A stretch of 64,000 bases of DNA from Candidatus Neptunichlamydia sp. Its GTDB lineage: Bacteria > Chlamydiota > Chlamydiia > Chlamydiales > Simkaniaceae. A program made the translations under genes and the position numbers. Of this stretch, positions 17,053 through 27,950 are shown in pieces. Where the stretch lies: contig OZ247587.1 in NCBI GenBank assembly GCA_965233865.1, forward strand, positions 1,280,001 to 1,344,000. Reading direction: 5' to 3'. How positions within the stretch are numbered: the first letter of the stretch is position 1; each line of letters opens with the position of its first letter. The notes below the pieces were generated by a model. It did no database searches, was not told where the DNA came from, and saw only the letters and a program-made list of their open reading frames with translations.

Positions 17053-17488
17053 TGAGGGACTGAACCTCTTCGATATTGATAACTTTATATCGAAGTCCCT
17101 TTAAAGAGGTAACTTTGAAGATCAGAATGGTTCCCCCTGGCATGACATCAACATCCATAATACTTGTGATTTTAGAGCCATCTCTAAGCGTGATATTAGG
17201 TTTAGAAGTGGGAACGTGTTGGTTTAAAAATTTGATGGCAGCTTGAAGATCTTTAGCACGGAGTTCAGGGGAAATGACCATGATCTCGCTGACTCCCTTG
17301 CTTTTGTTGTCAGCTTTTTGTGTTTTAGCCATCACAGCTAGCTCTGCAGATACTGCATCGGTGGGCGGAGCGCTTTTTTTTGTAATTGGAGCTGGTGTGT
17401 AACCTGTTGCTGGCGGGACGACATAAATAGGAGATTGCGCTCCAAACACTGCAGCTGAAAGCGTAAGAAAAGGAATCAATTTTTTCAT
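17045..17488 (-). CDS. Hypothetical exported protein
   Basis: MKK + hydrophobic signal peptide; overlaps both neighbours. Confidence 0.7.
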   Translation of the reverse strand: MKKLIPFLTLSAAVFGAQSPIYVVPPATGYTPAPITKKSAPPTDAVSAELAVMAKTQKADNKSKGVSEIMVISPELRAKDLQAAIKFLNQHVPTSKPNITLRDGSKITSIMDVDVMPGGTILIFKVTSLKGLRYKVINIEEVQSLSE

Positions 17489-18447
17489 GGGTTATCACCT
17501 GTTTTTAGAGATTCGGAGATAATTGTATCTTTTTTTTTGCTCGCTCTACTTAAACACTGAGAGGCACCGCTTGAAAGGCGCTCCAAATTGATAGCTGCAG
17601 ACTTTGTCACATCACCTGTTTGACCAAGAGATGTAATCCCAATAGACACCGTTAGAGTAAAACGAATATTTTCTGCAGAAAAAATTTCTGAGTCAAGGTA
17701 TTCGCTAATATTTTTAGCAATAAACGTTGCTGCTTTACAAGAAGTCTTTGGAAGGAAAACAGCAAATTTTCCGTGATTTTGGTTATATAAAAGATCTTGT
17801 GAACGGACGAGTTTTTGCAAGTGGTTTTCAAAGTCTAATGTGAGGGCATGGGCAACATTTTCTCCTCGTGTCTCAAGAATTTGAGGGTATTGGTCGATCT
17901 CGAGTAGAAGAAGAGCGAGTTGAGTTTTCTCACTGAGAGCCTGACCAATGAGCTTGCTTGCTCGATCCCCCACAACAGTTCGATGTTCCAAGCTTGTATT
18001 TGAGAAGATTGCTTTTGGCATACGGGAAGGAAGAGTAGCCATCTTTGCCTGGGTTTCCGTAACCTCCGCGGCCATTTCCATTCGAATAAGAAATTCGTCT
18101 TCTTCGAGGGGTTCACGAAGAAAATCTGTAGCGCCTGCTTTAATCAAGTTGCGGATAAACGATTTTTTTAGGTGGGCAGTAATGATTAAGATAGGTGTGT
18201 GTGTGTAATCTTTTAAGACGCGAATATCGGTGCATAAAGGAATAAGTTCTAAGTAAGGTGTTTTTTCATCGATGACAATAATACTGATATAGGTTCTGTC
18301 TAAGTACTCAAGAGCTTCAAGTTTTGATGAAGCAATAATGAGCGCGTTGTCCTCTATCTTTGCGATGACACCTTCAAAAAAAGCGCGCACGAGAGGGTTA
18401 TCAGTAAGGAGAAGGAAAGTGGGAAGTTTTTTTGGTTTTATTGCCAT
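17485..18447 (-). CDS. Receiver (REC) + degenerate GGDEF domain protein
   Basis: REC: IIVID, PILIITA, GATDFLREP; GGDEF fold: LLLLEID, NHGKF at the GGDEF position, TVSIGI. Confidence 0.8.
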   Translation of the reverse strand: MAIKPKKLPTFLLLTDNPLVRAFFEGVIAKIEDNALIIASSKLEALEYLDRTYISIIVIDEKTPYLELIPLCTDIRVLKDYTHTPILIITAHLKKSFIRNLIKAGATDFLREPLEEDEFLIRMEMAAEVTETQAKMATLPSRMPKAIFSNTSLEHRTVVGDRASKLIGQALSEKTQLALLLLEIDQYPQILETRGENVAHALTLDFENHLQKLVRSQDLLYNQNHGKFAVFLPKTSCKAATFIAKNISEYLDSEIFSAENIRFTLTVSIGITSLGQTGDVTKSAAINLERLSSGASQCLSRASKKKDTIISESLKTGDNP

Positions 18448-18466
18448 ACCTTCTCACTATAAATAA

Positions 18467-20284
18467 TTATCTTTTTAACGAAACTAATAGAATCGAAATA
18501 TCAGCTGGTGAGACTCCTGAAACGCGGGAGGCTTGCCCTAGATTTGCAGGGCGATGGTGTATCAATTTTTCCCGTGCTTCATTCTTCAGACCTATAATTT
18601 TTGAGTAGTCGAAGTTCTCAGGTATTTGATGGGTGTCGATACTCTCAAGTTTTGCCGCTTCTTTTTTTTCGCGAGCGATGTAACCTGCGAATTTTATATC
18701 GATTTCGATCGCATTGTTTGTAGGTTTTCCGTAATCCTCAACTTTTTTTGGGAAAGTCTCTAAGAGCTTTTGATAGGAAAACTCTGGACGACAAAGAAGC
18801 TTTCCAAGGGTTGTAGATTTTCCTTCAAAGTTAAGGTAGCTCTTTTCAAAGCGCAGCTTTTCCTTTTCGATGATTTCTTTTTTCTTTTGGAAGGATTGGT
18901 AAAGTGCATCATCAATTAGCCCCAGCTGGTGTCCAAAATCGTGGAGACGCAAATCGGCATTATCCTGCCGAAGAAGGAGTCGATGTTCAGCCCTTGAGGT
19001 GAACATGCGGTAGGGCTCATCGAGGGTTTTTGAAATGAGATCATCAATCATCACTCCGATATAGGCCTCAGAACGTCTTAAGATGAATGCTTCTTTTCCC
19101 CGAACCTTGAGAACGGCGTTAATTGCTGCGATCATCCCTTGCGCTGCGGCTTCTTCGTATCCTGTTGTTCCATTGACTTGTCCTGAAAAGTAAAGCCCAT
19201 TGACACGTTTGGTTTCAAGAGTACTCTTAAGCTGACCACTTACAGCGTAGTCATATTCAATGGCGTAGGCTGGGCGCATGATTTCGACATTTTCGAGCCC
19301 AGAAATCGTCCGCATCATTGCATACTGAACATCAAATGGAAGGGAGGAAGAGATGCCATTGACATAGATTTCGTTGGTATTGAGTCCCTCAGGCTCAAGA
19401 AAGAGTTGGTGACGCTCTTTATCCGCAAAGCGGACCACTTTATCTTCAATAGATGGGCAGTACCGAGGGCCGACTCCTTTAATTTTCCCAGAAAAGAGGG
19501 GGGAGCGGTGGATATTTTTCTGGATAATTTTTTTTGTTTCCTCATTTGTGTAGGTGATATAGCAGGAAACTTGAGGTAGTCGTTTTGCTTGCGGTTCAAA
19601 GGAAAAGGAAACTCCCTCTTCAGGAGGTTGCTCTTCGGTTTTTGAAAAATCAATCGAGCGACTGTTGACTCGTGCAGGAGTTCCTGTTTTGAGACGATCG
19701 AGCGTAAAGCCAAGTTTTTCTAATGTTTTGGAAAGGCCCACTGAAGGCTTATCTCCTGCGCGTCCTCCAGCATAGTTAGACTCTCCAATGTGAAGGAGCC
19801 CTCGCATAAAGGTTCCCGCAGAAAGAATCACCGACTTTCCTTGATATTGAATGCCCTCCTGAATCTGAACACCAACGATGGAGCCCTTTTCGACGACGAG
19901 GTTTTCAATGGTTCCTTGTTTGATCTCAAGATTCGGGGTGTTTTCTAAGGCATATTTCATCTCAGTTTTATAAGCGAGCTTATCGGATTGCGCGCGAGGG
20001 GACCAAACAGCAGGACCTTTTGTAGCATTAAGCATGCGGAAATGAATGCCGGTGCGATCTGCCACTTTCCCCATGATTCCACCAAGGGCATCGATCTCAC
20101 GCACGATGTGTCCTTTTGCGGTTCCCCCAATGGCGGGGTTACAACTCATTTTGGCGATTGTGTCGAGATTCATGGTGAGCAGGAGGGTATGTGCGCCCAT
20201 ACGAGCAGCAGCATGTGCAGCCTCACAACCGGCATGCCCAGCACCAATAATAATCACATCAAAGTGATCGGGATAAGTCCACAT
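18467..20284 (-). CDS. mnmG: tRNA uridine 5-carboxymethylaminomethyl modification enzyme
   Basis: [46 protein letters not shown]. Confidence 0.98.
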   Translation of the reverse strand: MWTYPDHFDVIIIGAGHAGCEAAHAAARMGAHTLLLTMNLDTIAKMSCNPAIGGTAKGHIVREIDALGGIMGKVADRTGIHFRMLNATKGPAVWSPRAQSDKLAYKTEMKYALENTPNLEIKQGTIENLVVEKGSIVGVQIQEGIQYQGKSVILSAGTFMRGLLHIGESNYAGGRAGDKPSVGLSKTLEKLGFTLDRLKTGTPARVNSRSIDFSKTEEQPPEEGVSFSFEPQAKRLPQVSCYITYTNEETKKIIQKNIHRSPLFSGKIKGVGPRYCPSIEDKVVRFADKERHQLFLEPEGLNTNEIYVNGISSSLPFDVQYAMMRTISGLENVEIMRPAYAIEYDYAVSGQLKSTLETKRVNGLYFSGQVNGTTGYEEAAAQGMIAAINAVLKVRGKEAFILRRSEAYIGVMIDDLISKTLDEPYRMFTSRAEHRLLLRQDNADLRLHDFGHQLGLIDDALYQSFQKKKEIIEKEKLRFEKSYLNFEGKSTTLGKLLCRPEFSYQKLLETFPKKVEDYGKPTNNAIEIDIKFAGYIAREKKEAAKLESIDTHQIPENFDYSKIIGLKNEAREKLIHHRPANLGQASRVSGVSPADISILLVSLKR

Positions 20285-20302
20285 GATTAACCCAGACTAG
20301 GG

Positions 20303-20395
20303 CTATTTCTTCTTCTTATGACGATCTCTGCGACGGCGCTTTTTGCGCTTGTGCTTCGAGATCTTAAGACGACGCTTTTTCTTTACAGATGACAT
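20303..20395 (-). CDS. Small basic protein, bS22/AURKAIP1-COX24 (mS38-like) family; not in the ORF track
   Basis: MSSVKKKRRLKISKHKRKKRRRRDRHKKKK, 30 aa, directly upstream of mnmG. Confidence 0.8.
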   Translation of the reverse strand: MSSVKKKRRLKISKHKRKKRRRRDRHKKKK

Positions 20396-20468
20396 CAAAT
20401 ACTCAAATTACTTTACATTTCGCCGCTCAGTGTAGTCTTTTCCCTCAAAAAAGTAAAGAGAGGAGTGA

Positions 20469-20593
20469 TATAGGCAGTCGCTCTCGCTGAAGAATCATTT
20501 AAGTATTTGAAAACCAATGATGGAAACTAAAAAAGTTTACGAAGAAATAATTTTGGTTTCTCTATAAAATTTTCTTCAGCGGAAGCGTCTATA
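20469..20593. mobile_element. MITE-like miniature element
   Basis: Imperfect terminal inverted repeats TATAG..CGCTCTCGCTGAAGAA / TTCTTCAGCGGAAGCGTCTATA; no ORF inside. Confidence 0.45.
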
Positions 20594-20642
20594 AAATTAG
20601 ACTCCTTCTTTCCTTTAAAACAACAGTGTTGTACCCTAGAGG

Positions 20643-21416
20643 GTGTTAAAAAAAATAAGGGAACTTATTCTTTTGAAAATGTGGGCTTTAGCAGATCTTC
20701 ACCTTCCTTTTGGTTCTTCCGGAAAAAACATGGAAGTGTTTGGCCCTGCTTGGGAAAATTATACCGCTCGCATTGAAAAAAACTGGATGGAAAATGTAGG
20801 CGATGAGGATCTGATGCTCATTGCGGGGGATATCTCCTGGGCGACGAAGCTCGAAAACGCAATGAAAGACCTAGAATGGATTGATGCCCTTCCTGGAAAA
20901 AAAGTGATTCTAAAAGGAAACCATGATTATTGGTGGCCTACGAACAAAAAACTTGCTGAAGTTCTTCCTCCATCTATCCAATTTGTAAATAACACCGCAG
21001 TCACGATTGGAGATGTGACAATTGGAGGGGCCCGTCTTTGGGATAGCTCTGAATACACGTTCAAAGACTACATCACCTTTGTAGAAAATCCTTTGGCAAA
21101 AGAAAAGCCCTTAAACCTAGAAAAATCGAAACGAATTTTTGAAAGAGACCTTCAGCGTTTGAGGATAAGTCTAGAGCAGATGGATCCAAAGGTAAACTAT
21201 CGCATCGCAATGACCCATTACCCTCCAATCAGTGCTGATCTTCAAGATTCACAAACCTCAAAAATTTTAGAAGAGTTTAACATCAATATTTGTGTTTTTG
21301 GTCACCTGCATAATGTGAAAAAAAAACGCGCTCTTTTCGGGGAAAAGAATCAGATTCTATACTTATTTACCGCTGCAGATTATTTAGAGTTTAACCCTAT
21401 TCTGGTGAGAAAGTAA
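20643..21416 (+). CDS. Calcineurin-like metallophosphoesterase
   Basis: ADLH, AGDISW, GNHDYW, THYPP, GHLH. Confidence 0.9.
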   Translation: MLKKIRELILLKMWALADLHLPFGSSGKNMEVFGPAWENYTARIEKNWMENVGDEDLMLIAGDISWATKLENAMKDLEWIDALPGKKVILKGNHDYWWPTNKKLAEVLPPSIQFVNNTAVTIGDVTIGGARLWDSSEYTFKDYITFVENPLAKEKPLNLEKSKRIFERDLQRLRISLEQMDPKVNYRIAMTHYPPISADLQDSQTSKILEEFNINICVFGHLHNVKKKRALFGEKNQILYLFTAADYLEFNPILVRK

Positions 21417-22383
21417 CGATACCGCGCAACACTTGAAGTACTTCCTCATTGGATTCGATTGGCTCTTGGAGGTCTTTCTCTTTTTGTCTTTCTAAAAGCC
21501 CCGTCACTAACACTTCTTCTTTTTCTTTTCCAATCGCGTTGAAGTATTCAGCAGTAAGAAGCAACAGTTCTCGCAAATCTTCTTGCGTTTCGACTCCGTC
21601 GAGGGCTTGGAAGTATGCCATTTGGAATTGTTCTGTTTCTTCCACATGAATCAGATAGTGAAGCGTTTCAAAAAGAAGATAAAGTTCAGGTTCTTCTTTA
21701 AGCAAGGTCAAAAGACGTTCAATCATCACTTTTCCTTCTTCAGGATCGGCTGCAGTCACAAGCCGAATACGAATGAGATCGAACCATCTCGCATTGTCGA
21801 TATATGGATAAAAACCTTCGAGAAGTTCCGATGCAAGTGTACTATTTTCTGCATCGATTAGGTGCGATGTATATTCATAAATAAAAACTTCTAAATCATG
21901 ACAAGAAAATGCAGAAAAGAAATGGTAGCCATCTTTAGATTTCCCCCCTTCATCAACATTGTCATCAAGGGTCATTTGAAAACTGGAAAGGGCTGCTTGC
22001 AGCTCATCTTCGATCCCAAGTTCCCCTTCTTCATACTGTTCAATCAGATGATCAAGCTCATCTACAAATAGAGAAAGAGATTGTTTGTGAGGGGCTAAAC
22101 GGCGCCAAAGTTCGAATACAGAAAGATAAACTTTCTCATGTTTTTCACAATTTTCCTCCAGATAGAGACAGTTGGCCAGATCTTCTGGAGAATCACACTC
22201 TTCAACATAAAGAAGGAAATTCTCTTCATTGAGAAAAATCTCCATCTTTTCAAGTCTTTGGAACAACTCCTTCTGCGAAAGGTCTCGATAGTTTTCTACC
22301 TGCCATTGATCAACTTTCATTGTAGGGTTTTGTTTCAGATTCATCTGAAGTAGGTTATAGAGGGCTCGACCTTGATATGTCAT
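21397..22383 (-). CDS. Conserved hypothetical acidic protein
   Basis: 328-aa ORF with AAGGA RBS; no recognised motif. Confidence 0.75.
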   Translation of the reverse strand: MTYQGRALYNLLQMNLKQNPTMKVDQWQVENYRDLSQKELFQRLEKMEIFLNEENFLLYVEECDSPEDLANCLYLEENCEKHEKVYLSVFELWRRLAPHKQSLSLFVDELDHLIEQYEEGELGIEDELQAALSSFQMTLDDNVDEGGKSKDGYHFFSAFSCHDLEVFIYEYTSHLIDAENSTLASELLEGFYPYIDNARWFDLIRIRLVTAADPEEGKVMIERLLTLLKEEPELYLLFETLHYLIHVEETEQFQMAYFQALDGVETQEDLRELLLLTAEYFNAIGKEKEEVLVTGLLERQKEKDLQEPIESNEEVLQVLRGIVTFSPE

Positions 22384-22560
22384 TGCGTCCTTTGGTGATC
22401 TCGCACAATTTTCTAATTAGTTGAAGAGGGAAATTATTTAAATAAAAAAAATTTAATAAGTTAATTTTACACTCACCAGAAATAAGTGTCAAATTGGATT
22501 TGAGATTTTTTTTTCCTTTTGTTACCAAGAGTAAATGTATTTATAAAAGTTATGGTAATC

Positions 22561-23259
22561 ATGATTCCAAAAAAACTGCATTTTACTTACAAAACAGATG
22601 ATCTTCCAAGAATTTACAAGGAAAATCTTAAGCGATGGCAAGCATATTGCCCTGAATGGGAGATGATCCTTCATACAGACCGAAAGGTTCTTAAATTTTT
22701 TGAGAGGCATTTTCCACAGTATGCCTTTGATATTAAAAAAATTCGACAAGGCGTTGTTTTGGCGGATCTATTTCGGTATGGGGTTTTGTATACCTTTGGA
22801 GGAATGTACAACGATATCGATACGATACCTCTTAATCCTATCCCGGAGACATGGCTTGCGCTTGAAAGTGTCATTGGCTACGAATACCAACCGTCCAAGT
22901 TTGAATGTAGTTCTGTTCCCAGTTACTCAACCGACACTTTTTGCCAATGGTCATTTTTAGCAAAACCCAAGCACCCTCTTTTTAAAGAAGCTCTTGACAA
23001 GTGCATAGAAAATTTGAAAGAAAAAAAATTCAAGCTAAAGCACGAAATAGATGTATTAACAGCAACAGGCCCATTACTTTTTACTGAAATCGCAACCAAA
23101 TATCTAGGTTCATCTAAGGTTTTGTTTCTAGATATGGATGTATTTTCGCCCCTCTATTTGAAAGCGCCGAACCTCTCCAACTGTATTGTTTTCCATCAAT
23201 TCCATGGAAGATCAGGATGGAAGTTAGAATTTCAATGTCCCCAAATTAAACTATTATAA
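22561..23259 (+). CDS. Glycosyltransferase, GT32/DxD (OCH1-like)
   Basis: MIPKKLHFTYK, ADLFRY..LY.FGGMYNDIDT, ATGP. Confidence 0.85.
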   Translation: MIPKKLHFTYKTDDLPRIYKENLKRWQAYCPEWEMILHTDRKVLKFFERHFPQYAFDIKKIRQGVVLADLFRYGVLYTFGGMYNDIDTIPLNPIPETWLALESVIGYEYQPSKFECSSVPSYSTDTFCQWSFLAKPKHPLFKEALDKCIENLKEKKFKLKHEIDVLTATGPLLFTEIATKYLGSSKVLFLDMDVFSPLYLKAPNLSNCIVFHQFHGRSGWKLEFQCPQIKLL

Positions 23260-23277
23260 TATTGAGATATACCGATC

Positions 23278-23967
23278 ATGATCCCAAAAAAACTGCATTT
23301 TACCTACAAAACAGAGTGCGCGCCTGAAAAGTTCCAGGAAAATCTTAATATATGGAAAAAGATGTGCCCAGATTGGGAAATTCATTATTATTCAGACACC
23401 ATGATCTTGAATTTTTTTAAAGCTCACTTTCCAAAATATCTTTCCGATTTATCAAAAATCACATTAGGCGCAGTCCTTGCAGACATCTTCCGCTACGCCG
23501 TGTTATACATCGATGGAGGAATGTATACCGATATCGACACGATTCCCTTAAAGAAAATCCCCATTGATTGGCTTAACTACCAAACAGTGCTTGGATACGA
23601 GTTTCAATTGGGAAAGGGGACAGCAGATTTTCGGTATAAACATGATGTAATTTGCCAATGGACAATGCTCTCAGCTCCTAGAAACCCTCTGTTTAAGGAA
23701 TCTCTCGATAAATGCATCAAGAACTTAAGAGGCATCAATTTCCATTTCTCTGCATCACAACAGGTCCTCTACACAACAGGTCCTCTTCTATTCACCTCTA
23801 TAGCTAACAACTATCTCCAATTAGACCAGACCCTCGTCTTAGACATGGAAATTTTCGGATCATTCCCCGAAACTCTCCCTGTTTCTGAAAAAAGTATTGT
23901 TGAACATCAATACCACGGAGAGCACGGATGGACTCTAGGCGTAAAATTTCCTAACATTAGATTGTAG
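23278..23967 (+). CDS. Glycosyltransferase, GT32/DxD (tandem paralog)
   Basis: MIPKKLHFTYK, ADIFRYAVLYIDGGMYTDIDT, TTGP. Confidence 0.85.
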   Translation: MIPKKLHFTYKTECAPEKFQENLNIWKKMCPDWEIHYYSDTMILNFFKAHFPKYLSDLSKITLGAVLADIFRYAVLYIDGGMYTDIDTIPLKKIPIDWLNYQTVLGYEFQLGKGTADFRYKHDVICQWTMLSAPRNPLFKESLDKCIKNLRGINFHFSASQQVLYTTGPLLFTSIANNYLQLDQTLVLDMEIFGSFPETLPVSEKSIVEHQYHGEHGWTLGVKFPNIRL

Positions 23968-23998
23968 ATAGATTCATAATTTCAAAAAAACTTCACTT

Positions 23999-24095
23999 TA
24001 TAGCTAAAGTGAGTTGTTTTAGTTATACCATCTATGGAATAGATAGGATTTTCAGGGAGTACTGACAATAACTAATTTAAGTCACTTTAGCTATA
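23999..24095. mobile_element. 97-bp IS630-derived MITE
   Basis: Inverted repeats TATAGCTAAAGTGAGTTGTTTTAGTTAT / ATAACTAATTTAAGTCACTTTAGCTATA, TA at both ends; resembles the IS630 end at 11179-11208. Confidence 0.75.
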
Positions 24096-24196
24096 CCTAT
24101 AAAACCAAAGCCTTCCCCAGTAAATGCTCTGAAAACATTGCCATCTAAAATGTCCATTCATTGATCTCCACTAATAATTCTGCTACTCTCCTTTTC

Positions 24197-24724
24197 ATGA
24201 ATATTCGGTATAAACGCCCTTTTGTTCTTATTGAGGTTTTGATTTCAATTACTCTGCTAACTCTATGCACTTTTCCTTTGATTTCGGAACCCCTTTTCTC
24301 TCAAAAAACGATGCGCAGAAAATTTTTCGAACTTGAGCTCGAAAGGGAAGCTGAAAAAATATACTATGAAATTCTGAAAACCCCTCTAATTTTTTCAGAA
24401 ATCCCCAACAAGGGTTCCAAAAACACCAAAACCTCTTCTGTAGAACTTTCGATCGAAGGATTCGGGAAAAAAAACTACAAGGTTCTTTCTTCGCTTTATC
24501 ATTGTACCGATGAAAAGAGGCATAAAAGCAACTTTTACAAAATCCACCTCCAAGTTTGTTTCATAGAGGGTAATGACACCAAGAACCCTTTCGAATATAA
24601 GTTTGAATTTGTGGGGGAAAAAGTGGCAAAAAAAAAAACTGATCAGCATGTTGAGAATAAGAGTCTTCATCAGGAAAATGAAAAAACATCTAGCAGCATT
24701 CAAACCCTTTGTCAAAGCGAGTGA
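24197..24724 (+). CDS. Prepilin/pseudopilin-like protein (type II secretion associated)
   Basis: KRPFVLIEVLISITLL type IV pilin-like N-terminus. Confidence 0.65.
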   Translation: MNIRYKRPFVLIEVLISITLLTLCTFPLISEPLFSQKTMRRKFFELELEREAEKIYYEILKTPLIFSEIPNKGSKNTKTSSVELSIEGFGKKNYKVLSSLYHCTDEKRHKSNFYKIHLQVCFIEGNDTKNPFEYKFEFVGEKVAKKKTDQHVENKSLHQENEKTSSSIQTLCQSE

Positions 24725-26410
24725 AAAACAAACCGAGTTTTCTGTTCGTGCTCTTGTTCTAGGAATTTTACTAAGTCTTCTCTTTGCTGTCGGGAACGCT
24801 TACTTAGGCCTCAAAATAGGGATGACAATCTCTGCATCGATTCCTGCTGCAGTCTTGTCTATGGCCATTTTGCGCACTTTTTTTCGAAAAGTCGGAATTC
24901 TAGAGAACAATATCGTCCAAACCGTTGCCTCAGTTGGAGAGGGACTCGCAGGAGGAGTTGTTTTCACTGTCCCCGCTCTTTTTCTTTTAGGTGTTACCCC
25001 TACGATTTCCCATATCTTTATTTTAGCGCTTTTAGGAGGGATCTTAGGGATTCTCCTCATGATTCCTATGCGTCGTTACATTATTGTTCAGGAACACGGA
25101 GTTCTTCCATTTCCCGAAGGAACTGCCTGCGCAGAAATCTTGAAGGCTGGAGAAAATAATGCCCCACATGCAAGCCTTGCGATTTGGGGCATTGTGATTG
25201 GAGCGGTTTACAAAGTCCTTAATAGCGCTTTGTATCTATGGAATTAGACAGTTTCATTCATTGTCAGAAAATATGAAAACACCCTTCTTAGTATGGACTG
25301 CACTTCTAGGGGTAGGATTTATCATCGGCCCCCTCATTCCTGCAGCCCTCTTTACAGGAAGTGCCATTGGCTGGTGGGTATTCATCCCCCTCATTAAAAA
25401 GTTTGGAGCTGGAGCACCCGCAATTTTCCCCTCTAAAGTTCCCGTAGAATTAATGACAGTAACGGATGTGTAGTCCAATTACATCCGCTACATTGGCGCT
25501 GGAGCAGTCGCTGTTGGAGGGATCATTACCCTCTTTAGAATTGCCCCGGTTATTTTTAAAACGATCATCGAGAGTTTTCGTGAACTTGTGCATCTCATGC
25601 AGTCGAAGAAAAAAAAATTAAGCGTACTGATAAGGATACCCCCCTTTCTTACCTCTTACTTGGTTCTATTGCAATTATCCTCGCGCTTTGGCTCCTTCCT
25701 GGATTTTACCTAAACATTGTTACTATTGTTCTTTTAGTTGTCTTAGGCTTTTTCTTTGTCGCCGTTACATCGATAACTGTGGGGCTTGTTGGAAGCTCTT
25801 CAAGTCCTGTTTCAGGCGTGACAATTACAACGCTTCTAATTACATGTCTTGTTTTTGTAGGCCTTGGTTGGACAGACCGTATCCATCTGATTGCAGCCAT
25901 AACAATGGGAGCCGTTGCAAATGTTGCGATCGCAATGGCCGGAACAACATCCCAAGATTTGAAAACAGGATTTTTATTAGGTGCAACCCCTCTCTCACAA
26001 CAAATTGCCGAGATCATTGGCCTCATTCTTCCTGCTGCGGCAATGGGCTTTACACTTTATCTTCTCAACGATGCCTACGGCTTTGGAAGTACTAATCTTC
26101 CTGCCCCACAAGCAACACTCATGGCGCTCATTGCAAAAGGAGTCATCCAAGGCGAGCTCCCTGTTGTCCTTGTCCTTATCGGAGCAGTGTTTGGACTCAT
26201 GGTTTATTTCATGAGAGTACCTGTTCTTCCGTTTGCCATCGGCCTTTATCTCCCCATCTCACTCAATACTTCGATTATGGAGGGAAGACTTGTTTGTTAC
26301 ATCGTTAAGAAAATCACCAAAAATGATAAGGCCATCGAACAAGGAGTTCTCATTTCTTCAGGTCTTGCTGCTGGCGACGCCTGTATGGGTGTTTTAGCCG
26401 CACTCCTTAG

Positions 26411-27253
26411 ATAGTGTAAACACAAGTTTAAATTTGTGCTAAGCTGGTTTCTTAAACTTTCAAGGAGAGGTTTAGAGATGACCGTACCAGCACACAGACG
26501 TCACGATATTTCAGATCGAATTTGGAAAAAACTTGAGCCTTATCTTCCAGGAAGAAGAGGGGTGTAGGGAGGGGTAGCACAAGATAATCGGCGATTTATC
26601 AACGCGGTTTTTTGGATTATTCGTACCGGAGCTCCATGGCGTGACTTACCTCCAGACTATGGGAACTGGGGAAATGTGCATCGTCGTTTTATCCGTTGGG
26701 GGAATAAAGGTGTCTGGGAACTTCTTCTGGAAAAAGTAGTGGACGATCCTGATTACGAGTGGTTAATGATCGATGCAACCCATATCAAAGTTCACTCTCA
26801 CGCAGCAGGTGCACAAGGTGGCAATCAAGATATGGCTCGGACAAAAGGGGGCTCAACACGAAATTGCATTTGGCCGTGGATTCGCATGGTATGCCGGTCA
26901 GAGCGATTATTACGTCAGGTACTCAATCAGACTACCTTCAGGCCAAACACCTAATAGAGGGAATTAACGCCGATTACCTACTAGCAGATCGGGGTTATGA
27001 CAGCGATGCAATCGTAACTCAAGCGATCTCTCAAGGAATAAAGGCGGTTATCCCTCCCAGAAAAAATAAGAAAAGCAAGAGAGCTTATGATAAGCATCTC
27101 TATAAATTGAGACATCTTGTAGAAAATGCTTTTTTACATTTGAAGCGATGGAGAGGAATTGCTACACGCTATGCTAAGCACACATCTTTTTTCTTGGCTG
27201 CGGTTCAGATCAAATGTTTGGCTTTATGGGTAGAAATCTCGTGACTACACTAT
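26411..27253 (+). mobile_element. IS5-family (IS427-group-like) insertion sequence
   Basis: Terminal IRs ATAGTGTA...TACACTAT with TTAG on both flanks; two-frame transposase (RTGAPWRDLP, IDAT, ADRGYD, RHLVENAF, RGIATRY). Confidence 0.9.
26478..27244 (+). pseudogene. IS5-family transposase with nonsense codon
   Basis: In-frame TAG at 26565-26567 in orfA; orfA/orfB overlap at an AAAAGGGGG slippery-like site. Confidence 0.85.
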
Positions 27254-27401
27254 TTAGTGTCTTAAAAATCGTCCCTTCTTCAGCAGTAGGATTCTTAGGC
27301 GACGGATTTTCACTCTTCTTTTTTATATTGCTAAGTAGCTATTTAGGCTGGAGAGCCGCCAAAACAGACAAATAAAACCAAATCATTTATCCTCCTGTGC
27401 T

Positions 27402-27950
27402 ATGAAAAGGTACACTTTTACATTGATGGAGCTCATGATAGCCCTTTCTCTGTCTGTGATTGTCCTGGGAGTTATCTTCTCATCGCTTTATCAAAACTCT
27501 GTCCTCAATGTAAAGCACGAGAAGGGGGCCGCTATAGTGATGCAAAAGGTCCATATTCAAGAACGTCTGGATCAAATCTTTGCCAATATTTCAGGTAAAG
27601 ATAAAAGCTCTATTTACACAGATGAAAAAGGGGTTCTCCACTTCGAGTTTGACCATGGAATCGATCCCGATCCAATATTTTGCGATATCATTTCCGGAAA
27701 ACTTGAACTCGTGAAAGAAGATCTTTTCCTCATTTTAATGAGAGGTAAAAAGATGCGATCCGAACGCCTGTGCTTTGATGTGAAAGCTTTAAGTTATGAA
27801 TTTCTTACGCATGATGGCCATGATGTGAGAACAACCGAGATTTGGACTAAAGAAGAAGATAAAAATCCTCTCTATTTTAAACTATCCGTAGATGATGCGT
27901 CCTATATTTTCTGGATTAACCATCAAGGAATGGAGATCCCCCTAAAATGA
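27402..27950 (+). CDS. Prepilin/pseudopilin-like protein
   Basis: MKRYTFTLMELMIALSL N-terminal methylation-type motif. Confidence 0.75.
   Translation: MKRYTFTLMELMIALSLSVIVLGVIFSSLYQNSVLNVKHEKGAAIVMQKVHIQERLDQIFANISGKDKSSIYTDEKGVLHFEFDHGIDPDPIFCDIISGKLELVKEDLFLILMRGKKMRSERLCFDVKALSYEFLTHDGHDVRTTEIWTKEEDKNPLYFKLSVDDASYIFWINHQGMEIPLK

Larger units (their letters stand above)
24678..27375 (+). pseudogene. OPT-family oligopeptide transporter, pseudogene
   Basis: YLGLKIGMTISASIPAAV, LPFPEGTACAEIL, QDLKTG, PAPQATLM spread over several frames with stops; 3' end resumes after the IS5 (27258..27375). Confidence 0.9.
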
